Below, in pieces: positions 15,501 to 28,789 of a stretch of 64,000 nucleotides of DNA. The DNA lies in the NCBI RefSeq assembly GCF_009834535.1, contig NC_045697.1, positions 39,310,001-39,374,000 on the forward strand, in the 5' to 3' direction. The notes beneath the pieces were generated by a model. That model was given only the letters and a program-made list of their open reading frames with translations, was not told where the DNA came from and did no database searches. The position numbers and the translations under genes were made by a program. Position 1 is the first letter of the stretch, and the number at the start of each line of letters is the position of its first letter. The stretch is from Camelus ferus. Taxonomy: Eukaryota.

Positions 15501-18090
15501 GATTTCAGTAGTCTTAGCATTTATTTTAACCACATCTTTGAGTAGATTATTCTTCATTAATGCTTTCTGGCATGTCTTATGATGATGTTGGTCATCGGAG
15601 ATTACAGTATTAATAGTCATGCTCCTCAATCTCTAGCAGGGAGGAGAGCCTAATTCTTGTGTTAAGGGCGTCTGGAAATACCTTTTTCTGAGGTTGAGAG
15701 AGGTCAACAGGGCCTGAAAACTCAAGAAGGAAATACAGTAACAATTACTAAATTTCTAAATGTATTTATCTCGCTGTACTAACGTGTGAACAGTATGTCG
15801 TGCGTAACACTGTAGCTGGTCGTGGTATGTCAGTACATCCTGTAAGTGTGTAATGTCTGTGAGTGGCTGGTTTTCTGTTTTTATGTGTAGAAAAAAATAC
15901 CATGCTGTATCCCATTTTAAGGCCAGGTTCTGTCATCAGGAGGCTGCATGTTCGAAAGTGAATAAAACCAACAGACGTGTGTGTGCGTGTTCAGTAACAG
16001 AATTTGTCCTTTCATTTTTGAAGGTCAGAAAGGGCTGTTTTGTTGTTTTTTTTTTTAAGCCTCTCTGAGAGTAGATCACATAATTATCACAAAGGCTGAA
16101 CACATTAGTCAGTACACGGGCATGTTACTAAATATGCCAGGGCTAATCCCCCACGTCCTTAGTCACAGGTAAGGTCAGTTCTTTGACCACTGGGTTGATT
16201 TACATTCCTCACACATCTTCTCCGTGTTAAGTGTGTGACTAGGATGTACATACTATGGGTGTGATTGTGTACATACCTTGTATGAATTATTTAAATCTTC
16301 AAAGCAGTTGCAGGAAAGAAAGAAAGAGTTGTTCAAAAGCCTCAGAAGGGCTAATCAATGTGTATTTTCATTTTCTACACATAAAAATGTATACATGACA
16401 TAATTGTAAATAGCTTACCCACCTATACATGCACACATAGATGCATTTTATTCATACTGGTATATTTAAATAAATCACAAATTAAAACAACTAATTGAAA
16501 GCTGCATCCTTCCATGACTGTTCTGTTTTATGTATAGTAATATCAGATCAGATGCTCCATATTAAATGGTGTTACTCCCTGGTAGCAGATTTGGTGCTTA
16601 GAAAGCCCAGCCCCACTGGACCATGCATAGCTAGTTGGTGTCTTACTGAGGCACGGACTGGTACCTGAGCATCTTCAAAGGCTTAATGCTGTTCTTTTAG
16701 CACCTAATTTTCTATCTGGACATGACAAACACTGGGGAAAACCAATTATGTTTTATAGACTCCATTTGTACATTTATTAGTATGTTTATTTGCACAGGCT
16801 GATAAAAGCCCTACATTTTCTTTCAAAGACATAGCTCTAAATTTCAAAACAGTATATAGTCACTCAAAGTGAAACCTGATTGCAGGAATTCTTCTCTTGA
16901 GATCAGCAAAACAATGTTTAGCAACACCAAAGAGACGTCAAAGAGGCAAATTTTTTTTTAAAATGACAGGCTACACTGGTAGAAGAATAGGGTAATAGCA
17001 ATTGGGATTTCCTTAAGATAGACTCATAAACTACGATGTTGACGCCAGGTGCTGCAGTGGGGACTAGATAAGATTAGAGTCATTGGCCAGGGAATGCTAA
17101 CGTTGGGTACGTCAACTTACCACAGTTCCAATCGGTGAGTTGACATTGTTTTAGTTTCTCTCATTTCTTTTAAAAGGAAATACTCTGTTAGCGATCAAAA
17201 AGTCTGTGATGTGGTTCCTAGAACCTAACATGATTTGACCTCAATTCTTTGACGCTGAAAATTACGTTGGCTGGATATTAGGTTGAAGATATGAATGGAA
17301 ATACCAGAATTGCCAATTAATAGAGAATTCTGTGTGGCAAGGTACAAATATAACCACTTCTCAGTAGAAAGTTAGTAATACCATTTAATACATATTCATG
17401 TTTTAAAGACTGAATGTGCCATCTTTGTATTTTAGATAAAAAGATTAACCAACCATAAGAACGCTACAATTACAACTAGAGCTAGCTGTGTTTTTTAACG
17501 ACTAAAAACAAACTCTTTATAAGAGCAGTACACATGAAATCTTGATGTCAATATTTACTGTTGCTTAAAAGACAGATTTATGTAATTATTTTGAGAGATG
17601 CATATTAATTTAAATGCCGTCCAGAAAAATTATAGATGTCAATGTAAGAATCATTTGTGTGTGTAAGTACTCAACAGAGAAAGAGCAAAACTGTAGTGTG
17701 ATGTTAAATCACTGAAGAAATGGTAGTATTTAAAATGAAATTCCATTTATGAATGTATCAATATTAGAATCTAAAGTTATGTCTTTTCATGTTGTATATA
17801 TACAAAGGTCATTAAATGATTTATTTAAGAAAGTCCTCATCTTCCAGAAATCGACCTGCCAATAAAATTTCATTTCCTAGATAAAGGATGAACTATTATG
17901 ATTTATATGAGGATAGATCAAGATTTGGAAATTATGTACACTTCCATCCTCATTGTGGATTTGATATCTGAATGGATGAATGAACGAAATTCAACTGATG
18001 ATCTAGTTTTACCCTTGAAAAACTTTTAAGTACAATTTTTTTGCATTTCACTTTCCATAATAAACGTGATACAGATGAAAAGTTACAGTG
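9525..18090 (+). other. GPRIN3: Inferred long 3'UTR of GPRIN3
   Basis: AT/GU-rich unique sequence without recognisable transposons, contiguous with the stop codon, with several AATAAA signals. The 3' end is inferred. Confidence 0.55.
15961..15995 (+). terminator. Candidate proximal poly(A) signal
   Basis: AATAAA at 15961-15966 followed by GU-rich CGTGTGTGTGCGTGTT, with TGTA motifs upstream. Confidence 0.5.
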
Positions 18091-18116
18091 TTCGTTTTTT
18101 GTTGTTACTGTGTTTG
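18059..18116 (+). terminator. Candidate distal poly(A) signal
   Basis: AATAAA at 18059-18064, CA about 20 nt downstream, then a strong U/GU-rich element GTGTTCGTTTTTTGTTGTTACTGTGTTTG. Confidence 0.6.
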
Positions 18117-18321
18117 CCACAAAATTGTTCTCTTAGCCCTAGATGCTTAGAATCGGTTGATTTCAGTGTGACAGACTTTTGCCAGGTATCTACAAGAAGA
18201 GCTGAAAGTATATACAATGAAAGGGTTTTTCCCTTTAATTGAAATAGAATTCCCATAGCATCAACAAAGCCTGCAGGGCATCGGAGGTAGTGGTTTTTCC
18301 TGCTGTTGGTGGCACAGCGGG

Positions 18322-18355
<34 letters not shown>
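18322..18355 (+). repeat. (TG)n microsatellite
   Basis: (TG)12 at 18331-18354 with an imperfect 5' extension. Confidence 0.95.
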
Positions 18356-19879
18356 ACAAGTGTGAACTTTTGCTTTTGCTTTTGCTTGGTGATAGTGATG
18401 AGAGGTTGGCATTCATGGATATACAGGAAGGGGTGGGGTATGGAGCACATCTCTGTGTTAGTGTGGACGCTTATATTCAAGCTTATATTGTCTCATGCCC
18501 AGGCTTAGCTGCCTCTGCCTGCAGCCATCCAGCTGAGCTGCACTGTGGCACCAGCTTCTTCGTCTGTCCATTCCTGGGTACACAAGTCACAGGTTCCTAA
18601 AAGAAGGTGGAAGAGCCAGCTATGGCCTCTGATCCAGCTTAACCATTAATAAAGCTAACACTATAATTAGGTCCTTTTTGCCTTCTTGAATTTGTGTTCA
18701 ATTCATCAAAAAAGCTGTAGAGTTGGATAGATATAAAATCTATGAACCCCAAAATCTTCAAAAAATGACTTGATGAATTTTTCATGAACTTTACACAGTG
18801 ATTGTTTCAAAACATCCAAGGGCCATGCTCTCCCTCAACCAATTCTGTGTATATAAATACACACTATTTCAGCCTAAAATGATGTCCAAGGGCTGTCATG
18901 ATCTAACTCTTGTATACTTCGACATTCACTCTTGGCAAAATTAAGCTTCACGCATTTCCAAAGATATAAATGCTGTTCGAGAAGGTAGGTCATGCCCGGG
19001 TCCCCAGAGGGCAGAGATGCTTGACTTACTCCTGCAGCTGTTTATGTCCCACCAGCAGGCGTTCAGCTCATTAGGTGCCTCTTCCAGCCAACTCTTCTCA
19101 CTCACCTATGTCTTTAATGTTGAGTAGTAAACGCAAGAGCAGCCTGATCGTAATTCGGCTTCTCTGGACTGATTGTGAACTCAAAATACCTCTTATTTCT
19201 TGGGAAGGGCCTGCCTTTTGTCAACCACATAGGATCACTTTGGATCTACCACATGTTTTTAATGAATTCATGAATACCAACGTTGTTTAATGTTTCTCAA
19301 CACTATTCTAGACTCTCAGTGAGCTAAGTTACAGAGTTCTAAATTCTTTAGACCCTTTGAATTATCTTAATGTTCTATAGCCTGTTTTTCTAAATATAGA
19401 GGACTAAGATTGTGGACATTCTTATTATCAGAATGGAAGCTGAAAGTGCTCAGAGAGATTTCTGGTGGGAGTTTTGGCATCTCAGGGATGCCTACAGATG
19501 TTTTTTTTTTAAGTTCCACTTGACACATCTCAATCAAACTGCACAGGAACCTTGGTCTGTCATTAAAAAACAAAAAACAAAAAACAAAAAACAAAACCTA
19601 AGCAGAATGTCATTGTCAAAGATATCCCAGGTGTTTAGAAGCAAGATAAGACTTCTTAAAGGGTTGGAAAGTATTTGCTTATTATCTGTGTTCTTTTTGC
19701 CTAAAGTCAATCCAAAGGGTAATGGCCAAAGGCTAGACATTCTGCTGGGCACTTCAATAAGTGTCTCAACCTTGGGAGGTATATATAAATGCACATTTTT
19801 TTTCAGTTGATTTTTTTCTCAGTGGTAGATACTTGAAACATATGAACTGGATGTTCAAAAAGAAATAGTGGTAATTACC

Positions 19880-20045
19880 CAGGCTCAGAACCAAAGAAAC
19901 CTGGGTTCAAATTTCAGCATTAAAGATAATTCCATGGCCCAGTCACTTAATCATTTTGAGGATTAGTGCTTTCATCCATAAATTGAGGATAAATTTTTGC
20001 AAAATTGTGAGGATTAAATGACACAGGCAATACAAATGTTAGTTC
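19880..20045 (+). mobile_element. MIR SINE
   Basis: ACCTGGGTTCAAAT...CCAGTCACTTAATC...GTGAGGATTAAATGA. Confidence 0.65.
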
Positions 20046-21478
20046 CTTCCCTTACTCCTTTGATTTTTGTGTTCTTTGCTTGAATTTTACCATTCTATTA
20101 TAACCAAACTGGCATTTTGCCATTTTCTTCTCTTTAGTAAACTTTTAATAAATCTAGAAAAGTAGTAAGAATGTTTTAAATCTGACTATGATGTACCTAA
20201 ATTGTGACTTTAAACATATTTCCCTTTTTGTTTAAAACATAAGGATGACACATTCACTTAGTTACCAGATCTTTAAGAATTAAGAAAAGATTCGGATTTT
20301 TAATTTTGTCACCTCAAATATGATTTTTTAAATATCAAGTTAAATGCTAATTAAAAATGATCAATTCAAAAAAGGAGGGAAAAAAGGGAAACATCTGGTA
20401 ACTTTAACTGCACTAATACTTAAAACTTAGATATGAGTCCAGATGCAAATTAAAAGGGAGGTGATATAACTGACTAAATATTAGAATCTAGAAAAAATAG
20501 GAAGAACACCTACAAATCAGTTACAAAAAGATGAAAACAGGTTTATCAAACTGTATAAGCAAGCGTCATAAATATGTGAACATATGCTCAGCTCCACTAA
20601 CAGACCTCCATCCCCCACGCCTGAATGCCGTTGCAGGCGGCCTTCCAGATTCATGCGGGCTGAGTTAGGAGTTTTACGTCCAAGAGATGGAAGAGAGTAC
20701 TTCACCTGCACTATAAGGCCTGCAAGTTGGAGATCCCTGGTGATGTGTGTGTGGGAGGGACACAGAGAATCAGTGTGTGAGTGCGTGCGCGCGCATGTCG
20801 CATGCACACACCCACCCGCACGCATGCCCAGAAGCTGTTCACGTGTCCACGTAAGGCAGGCGGAAGGACTGTAGAGGGAGGGTTTCCTAAAGAATCCACA
20901 GAACGTCCCTGAGAGCAGGTTAGATACAAACCCTTGTCAGAGAGAGCAACTGACATACTTTCCTGATCTCCGTTCCTCTCTCTCCCTGGTCTTCAACCAG
21001 ATTATTTGGCAGAAATAGAATCTCTAAGGGGTGGAAAGCAACAAGAATCTAAATCACAACCCCCTTCTTCATGGGGGTCTGTGGGACTGATAAGGAGAGA
21101 ATTTTCAGGTATAAGCAGAATAATGATTATTCCATGAGACCAAGCATTTTAAATTTGAATTGAGATTGCATTTGCAAGTTGAATGCCTTTCCTGCTGAAT
21201 CGGGGGGGGGGGGGGGTCCCAAAACTGAAATAGACTCTGTCACTAGTGACGACTTTGCCACCTGACATAAAGCTTTGTGTGGACAGAAAATACTGGAAGT
21301 TCATGTGACAGAGCCATGCTACCTGCTTGGCCCCTGAAAACATCTGCATTTGTGGCTGCTGCTAGTCCAGAAGCCCCAAAGCTCCCACAGTTTTTGAAGG
21401 TCAGCGTCAACATCAGAGCTTCTACAGCTTGTGGAGGGAGAGTCCCAGGTGATTCCACTTTGATTTATGCAGCCCCAC

Positions 21479-22082
21479 CGTGGTAGGCAGAATTCTGAGG
21501 AAGATTCCCGGCCTCTGGTACACACACACGTTTCCTCAGTTCTTTAATCAATCACTGCTGTGAGGTGATTTCATAAATATTATTCAGGTCACAAATCAGT
21601 TGACCTTGAACCAGACAGATTATCTGTGTGAGCCAGACCTAATCATGTGAGCCCTTTGAAAGCTAGACTTTTCTCCAGCTGGTTCCAGAAGTCAGCGAAA
21701 CCCACTCTATCTGGCCCGAGAGAAAGCAAGCATCTACTTTTGAACCAGGAGTGGAATCCACGTGGCAGGGACTGCGGACATCCTCCAGGGACGGAGAGAA
21801 GGCTCCAGCTGAAGACTAGAAGGAAAACAGCGACTCAGCCCTATGACTGCAGGGAAATGAACTCTGCCAACAACCAGCGAGCTTAAAAGAGGACCCCCAA
21901 ACTCAGGTGAGAACTGCCGCCCTGACCAACACCTTGATTTCAGCCAGGCGGGGCCTGGAGGAGAAACCGGATACGCTGAACTTTTACTTCCGACCTACAG
22001 AAACCATAAGGTAACAAATGTGTACTGTTTGATGTTGCTCAGTCTCTGGTAACTTGTTGTGTAGCGATAGAAAACTAATACA
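21479..22082 (+). mobile_element. MaLR solo LTR (MLT1 family)
   Basis: GTGGTAGGCAGAATTCT start, GACCTAATCATGTGAGCCCTTT, AGGGAAATGAACTCTGCCAACAACC, end GATAGAAAACTAATACA. Confidence 0.85.
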
Positions 22083-22267
22083 CCCCTCAGTTTGGGATTT
22101 GAAGTTGCCAAAGATCCACTGTGCAGTCAAGGATTTACTGATTTCTGTGCCACCCAAACCAGGGTGCAGGAACCCTTCCACGCTAAAGTGCCAATCTTCC
22201 TGAAACACCTGGTGGTAGTTTTAATGGGAAGTACGTGAGTCGCTTTAATATTGAAGGGAACATGGAT

Positions 22268-22758
22268 GTGTGTGGTTGTATCTGTCTCCCGTCGGCTATT
22301 CTCGGTCCATTCTTCACCTTGCTCATCCTGCTTGGTGCACTTGGAGGCTGATTTGTATAGACGGGGATCACAGGCCCCCTTGCCATGCTGCCACCACCTG
22401 CTTTCAGCCTCTCCGCGTGCTGGCTGGAGGTGGGCGGCACGGAGGAGAGAGAGTAAGGTCGAGGCATTTATTTCCCCTATCAGCCACGCTGGGGGGCTTG
22501 TGTTGGCTGTGTCACCCTTATTTGAACCGGAACCCCTGCTTCTTCATTAGGCTGGGTCCTGGCTAGTCCTCCGGTCCTTGGCTTCTCAGGCCTGAGAGTC
22601 ATGTCCTGGACCCCAGCTCATCACTAGACCCATGGTACTACACTACTGCTTTGTGATTGCCCTAAAACCTGCCTACATCTTTGTAGATCTCTTTATAAAA
22701 TTCTCCTCACTTACCCAGTTTGAAAATGCCATCTGTTTCCTACCAGAATTTGACCTAC
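22268..22758 (+). mobile_element. ERVL solo LTR, LTR33-like
   Basis: TCCATTCTTCACCTTG near the start and 3' end TTACCCAGTTTGAAAATGCCATCTGTTTCCT. Confidence 0.65.
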
Positions 22759-22977
22759 AGAGGAGTCAAAGGACAAAGTCTCCATTCTTAGATGATAGAA
22801 CACAGGACTTCAGATAAATTTCTATCTTTTGGCTGGCTGCCTCCAGCTATGCCCCTTCGCCTTCCAGTATTATTTGTTTATCATTCTCATCTCCCTTTAG
22901 GGATAGTACTGCATAAAATTTGAAAAGCTATTTGTTGCTGTAAACAATGTCGATCATATGCATGTAAGAGTTTCTTT

Positions 22978-23229
22978 TTTTTAATTGAAGTGTCATTGAT
23001 ATACAACGTTGTGTTAGTTTGTGGTGTACAACATAGTGATTCAGTTACACATTTATATATACATTCTTTTTTATATTTCTTTTCATTATAGTTTATTACA
23101 AGTATTGAATATGGTTCCCTGTGCTGTACAATAGGACCTTGTTGTTCATCTATTTTATATATAGTAGTTTGTATCTGCAAATCCCAAATTCCTAGTTTAT
23201 CCGTGCCCTCCCTTTCCCCTTTAGTAACC
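22978..23229 (-). mobile_element. Short L1 3'UTR insertion with 14-bp TSD
   Basis: Cetartiodactyl L1 3' end; GTAAGAGTTTCTTT at both 22964-22977 and 23230-23243. Confidence 0.85.
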
Positions 23230-23494
23230 GTAAGAGTTTCTTTACTGTATGATAAAATGTCGTTTTCAATCACGGTGAAGCCTCCTGGTGTGAAATAGGC
23301 ACTCGGTTATATGGTGTCTTCAGGTACTAGTGCCTATCCCAGGGCGCTTAAGATAAACATTTAACGAAATTATATGCCTCACCTTCTCCATTCACAAAAT
23401 GGGACAATCAGTTTTATTTGTCCTTTGCTCAAAATTAAATGTATATTTATTTAAATGATTATTTTAGTATTTTTTCTAGGCTGGCACTATTAAT

Positions 23495-23765
23495 CATAGT
23501 AGCTCACGTATACTGAATGTTTACTACATACCAGCCATTATTCTGCGTTTCCCATTCACTTATCTCATTACTCTTCAACATAACTCTACGATGTATTATT
23601 ATTATCCTTCCCACTTTACATATGAAAACTGAAATGCAATTTAGAGATGCAATAAAATGCAGCAAGGTTAAGTGCATATAGCTAGTTAATGGTAGCACCA
23701 AGAAAAACCCACATGAGCTCAGTGCTGTCATCTGCTTACCTGAATAGTTCACTACAGATGCCTTA
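23495..23765 (-). mobile_element. MIR SINE
   Basis: ATTATTATCCTTCCCACTTTACATATGAAAACTGA core. Confidence 0.7.
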
Positions 23766-26429
23766 CTGTACACAAAATGCTGGTGACAGAAAAAAGGGGG
23801 GGATTATCAAGATGTCAGATACTACTTCACTAAAACCTAATGTTTTCTCATTATGACCTAACTCATTTTTCTATTAGCCCTTAAAAAATTTTTGTAACTC
23901 AGGCTTCTAAAGAGTTATTTAATGCATTACTAATAAGGTAATAAATCTCAAACCCGGGGTGGAATACAAAAAAAAAAAAAAAAAAAAAAGAACCATTACT
24001 TCTGGAAGAAAATAAGGTTTACTCAAGTGTATTTCCTCTAAATAGTGTGGATAATGGGAGGAAAGAAAAAAACAGGTTAAAGTATCAAAATGTCCATTCA
24101 TAGTCTATGCAAATCACAGTAACAAGAAGTAATTTTATGCAAAGACTGCAAAAAAAAAAAAGGAGAATACTCAATGAAACTATGTAAAACTACTTACCAT
24201 TTTCTGGACAGAAAATAAAAGATCTGGGTGGCATTATTTTATGTGCAGTCTGAAGTAGTTATACAAATTGACTAAAAATTATTTCTTGTCTCATAGCAAA
24301 TGAGATCGCTTTCTACCTTCTTGCATGTTTTAATAATTCATTATTAAGTTAAATATTTATGAACTTTATAAATGTAACTCATAAAATAAATGAGCAAGCC
24401 TTGAGCATATTTTAAAATAATTAATAAAATTATTGGAAGGGGTCAGTTTTTATTGGTTGCCTCCTTTGTGGAAGAACCAAGGCCTGGTACAGCTGCTTGT
24501 TTTCCTTGAAGGTGAAATGCTCATTTAAAGATGACTGAGACATTTAAAGTAATTATGAATTCATAAGGGATATAATCATTTCACTTTGAGAAGGTTTTTG
24601 GCTTATCTTCCAAGGAGGTATACTGTGACAGAACAGAAACCATCAACATTTCTGATGTGGATAAAGAAGGAAAGGAAGATACAGACACAGTATATTAATA
24701 CTTCCTCTCTGAGAATAATATTAGAAATGCTCAAGAGATCAGCACAGACACAGATGACTTGGCAGATAAATTCTCAATTTTAAAAAGTCAGGAACAGATC
24801 ATATCTCCTTCCGAGAACTTTCCAGGGCATAATAACCAGCTCTGACTGTAATTGGGAGAATTTGTCTACACCAGGTCAAAAGTCAACCAGAATCTTAATC
24901 CAAGAATCCATAATAGATGTAAACAAAATGACATCCCAAGAACCATTCTTTCACTTGGTAGACATAAATTAAGCACCTGCAGCAAGCACAAATATGACAA
25001 TGCAGGTGTCAGAAATGTGAACGACCCCAGCTCTAACCCTTCAGAGGTTCCCGGATATGTAAACCACAAAACACAGCAATAGCAAAGGGGCCACAATGGA
25101 GTATTATCAGCTACTATAGGAGCCTAGAAGATGAAACTCTGACCCTGCCTACAGAGTTCAAGCTGGCAGTTAAAAGATGGAAACAGGAAAACACAGTGCA
25201 TAGACTGTCACAATGTATATTTTGCACCCCTGCATATTTATAGCATCTTGGATTATAATGTCACAAATTATTTGTCACTAGACATATATCACCATATTGG
25301 CAAATTTTAATGTACATATTTCAGTCATCCATTAATTTGTGAGATGTAACAGGTTTAAGTGGAGAGTATCATGAAAAATAATTGTGTAAATGAACATTGA
25401 AAAGAAAAATGGTATATTATATAAAATATGAGGAGATATATGATGAGACATGATACATAGAAATGAACCTCCTTTATCCAAAATCCCTAAATCATGTTTG
25501 GAACCAGTAATTAAGGGAAGTACATCTGGCCCAAAATAAATTTTAAGATTATACTTTTTTTTTTCTATAAAACATATGAGACCCTGTTGTTTCCATTCAC
25601 TGTTATCAAATTGTTTATGATCTCTGGAACACGAGCATAGCAAAGAGTACCAAATGTCAGCGCAGGATACAAAAATGGTCTACAAGTGCTCAGTGTTTGT
25701 TAACAGAACAATAAATCTCATGATATTCTAGAGTGGAGAAGTCATGTGGGTCAGCACAAAACTATGTGAAACAGGAATGTCTACAACGCACTGTGCTCGG
25801 TTTGTAATTCACCCTGAGGTGCTCAGACTGCCCCTAGGGATTACAGTCCGGGGTGGGGGTGGGGGGACAGGGCATCCCCACACAGCCATCAGGACCTCAG
25901 TGTGAAGCATTCAATGGCGGTGCTCATGTAATAGAAGACACCTGTGCCTGTTAGCAGCCGGTTCAGACCACAGGGCTCCTCTCTGTCCACATCTTGCCTG
26001 TTGATGAATGTCAAAATGAGATGCCAAGAAGCAACAGGAGTAAATCAAAAGTGATGCCATTCATCAAAACCTCTCTAACCTATCCTTTCAAGTTGAAAGG
26101 CAACAGTTGCTTTCTAGCCTTGAACTCAGCGGTCAGAGCTTACACAGGTCTCTCTCATGGTGCTTACCTCACCTGGTGCAGCATGTCTTAGTCACGGAGA
26201 AAGGCAAGGCTACGTAGTGGCCTGGGTTCATTTTTCTTTCTCAGCCTCTACTTCCACTCTTGGGATGCTAGAGAGTCTTTGAAATGAAAACTCGCAGTTT
26301 GGTTTGAAAGGGTGAGGGAGAAGCAAACCTCTTTTCATTCTTGACTATTATTCAATCTATAGATTTCAGAGAGTTTCTGCTCCCATAACATAACTAGGAT
26401 TAATATCCAAGGCCTCTGAGCCCTTTAGT

Positions 26430-26735
26430 ATAAGTTGGCACCTCAAAAATGTGGGAGGGTGTAGCTATCAACACCACTCCTCCCTCAGTGCCCTGACATC
26501 TGGGCACACAGCCCTGTGTTCCTCCAGGATGAGAGAAAGAGGCAGAAACTGCATCTTTGGTTGACTTAGCATTAGAAATCACATAGCATCACTTCTGAGA
26601 TACTCCATTAGTCAAAACCCAGATTCAGGGAAAGAACATAAATTCCAAGGAGAGGAGTGTCAGTCATCTTGTAAGATAAGCATGCAGGGTTGAATGAATG
26701 TTATCGATGCAGCCATTTTTAGAGCATGTATTCTT
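26430..26735 (-). mobile_element. Old MLT1 LTR fragment
   Basis: AGAAATCACATAGCATCACTTCTG...CCCAGATTCAGGGA. Confidence 0.55.
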
Positions 26736-27027
26736 CAGCCTGTCACACCTTCCTTCCAAGGTAAGGAGGGCCCAGTCCTTAGAAATAAAATGGCCTTTCT
26801 CTCCTGCTCAAGGGTACAGAAAATAATTTCACTTACTCTCTCAAGAATGAACAAAATGTTTCCTCTAAAAAAATGAAAATTTGTATATTCATATCCAGCT
26901 GGAAGTATTTAAACTTGTTTCTGCCAAATAAATCCATCAGTGGGAATCTCTAAACCAAGAATTGTTAGAGTCAGGAATTGTCAGAGTTAGGAGGTAGGTT
27001 GTGAACTCAAGTTTCTAATTGGATTAC

Positions 27028-27798
27028 TGTGATCTACAATAAGAAGTTATATTTGGGCTTCATGCTGTTTCTGGCACAGAGATAATAGCGTTAGAATTTC
27101 CTAAGTGATGGGAGCTAGAAGATGTCTTTTGTTATGCTAACTGAGGTGACTTTTGGACAAAACCTAAGGATGGGGACTGGTTTCCAGGGGAGCTAACTGC
27201 GTGATTAGAGGTTCTCTCAGGGGAAGCAAGAGGGGGCAGAAGCTAGATCAATGGCCAATAGCCAGTGATTTAATCAGTCATGCCTATGTAATGAAGCTCC
27301 CATAAAACCCAAAAAGGTAAGAGTCAGAGAGCTTCCAGGTTGGTGATTATATGGATTTTCAAGGAGATTAATGCATTAGAGCGGTTATTGAAGCTTCTTA
27401 CCCTTTCCCTAATACCTTGCCCTATGCATCTCTTCCATCTGGCTATTCCTGAGTTATATCACTTTATAATAAATAAGCAATCTAGTAAGTAAAATGTTGC
27501 TTAGTATTTGTTAGCAAATTATTGTTTGCATAATGTTAGCAAATTAATCAAACCCAAGGAAGGGGTCATTGGAACCTCTGACCCACAGCCACTTGGTCAG
27601 AAGCACAGGTGCCAATCTGAATTTGCAATTGGTGCCTGAAGTGGGGGGTAAGGCAGTCTTGTAGGGCCCAGCCCTTAAGCCCTTAACCTATGAGATCTGA
27701 CACTATCTCCAATAAATAGTGTCAGAATTGAGTTGAATTGTAGGTCACCAGCTGGGGTCCCAGAATTATTTGGTGGTCTTGGGAAACACCCCTTCACC

Positions 27799-27800
<2 letters not shown>
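27028..27800 (+). mobile_element. MER21-like LTR
   Basis: TTCTGGCACAGAG, GAATTTCCTAAGTGAT, GCCTATGTAATGAAGC, CCCTATGCATCTCTTCCATCTGGCT, AATAAA, GTGTCAGAATTGAGTTGAATTG. Confidence 0.8.

Positions 27801-27833
<33 letters not shown>
27800..27833 (+). repeat. (AC)17 microsatellite
   Basis: Perfect AC run. Confidence 0.95.
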
Positions 27834-27835
<2 letters not shown>

Positions 27836-28277
27836 ATTAGATGTTGAAACTGAGTTATATTACAATTGGAAACCAAGGAGTTACCTAGTACTAGTAACTT
27901 TAAATCCATCATGAAAGTACGGCAAAATTATATGCAATTAATAATGCAGTAGGTAACACAACATTGTTAATCAACTATACTTCAATTTAGAAAAAGAATG
28001 CAATAGGTAAAACTTTATGATAAGCTACTTGGATAAGGATTGAATTAACTTCCCTGTAGGAACAGAAAAATAGTTTGAATAATTTGGCTAAAGTACACTG
28101 TGAATTCTAGATTTGAATAAAAGAAGAGAAAGAAACAGCAATTAATTTAAATCATTTACACCACATAATGACCTAAGACTTGGTTGTTAGTAAGAATAGC
28201 ATAGCATTCCATTTTTCAATTTTTAAATACAGAGTTAATTAACAAAGAGTTGTAGACCATGGATTTGAATAAATTAT

Positions 28278-28789
28278 TATAGGGGAGGAAAAATAACTTC
28301 CCTCTACCTTTCTGAGTCCTTAGCTAGACCCCTAAAAATGGATTAACAAGAGAAAACGAGTAGAGGTTTATTCCCATGGATACCTCATGTACACACAGGA
28401 GAAGCCCAGGGAAAGACGTGCAGCTCTCTGACGTGGCTTAGAAATCAGGCTTAAGTCGTCTTCACAGGGAAAAGGGAAAGGGAATGTAGACCTTTTAGGG
28501 GAGAATAAATGACTTTTAGAAAAGAAGAATGGTCCCTTAGAAGAACAGACTGGAGTTACGAGAGTTTGTGACAAAGTTTAGGTGTGTCAGACAGTCTCTT
28601 CTGTAATGAAACTCCTGGGGGAGGGGATTTATGACAATTGAGTTCCTTTTGGAGGCTCTGTCTTTAGGCAGATAAGGGGAGTTCAGAGAAAGCCTTTCCC
28701 TGCATTTGCTGTTTTTCAGGTGCCTACAGTTCAAAACAATCCACCTCCTAAAGGGCACATTCTGAGGCGGCATGTTCTACTACCCTTCA
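28278..28789 (-). mobile_element. ERV1 solo LTR, MER34-like
   Basis: Minus-strand start TGAAGGGTAGTAGAACATGCCGCCTCAGAAT; related to 49820-50330 and 51963-52420. Confidence 0.7.

Noticed and set aside
13000..18100. Separate lncRNA gene
   Set aside because: No diagnostic repeats, promoter or splice structure; a contiguous GPRIN3 3'UTR is simpler.
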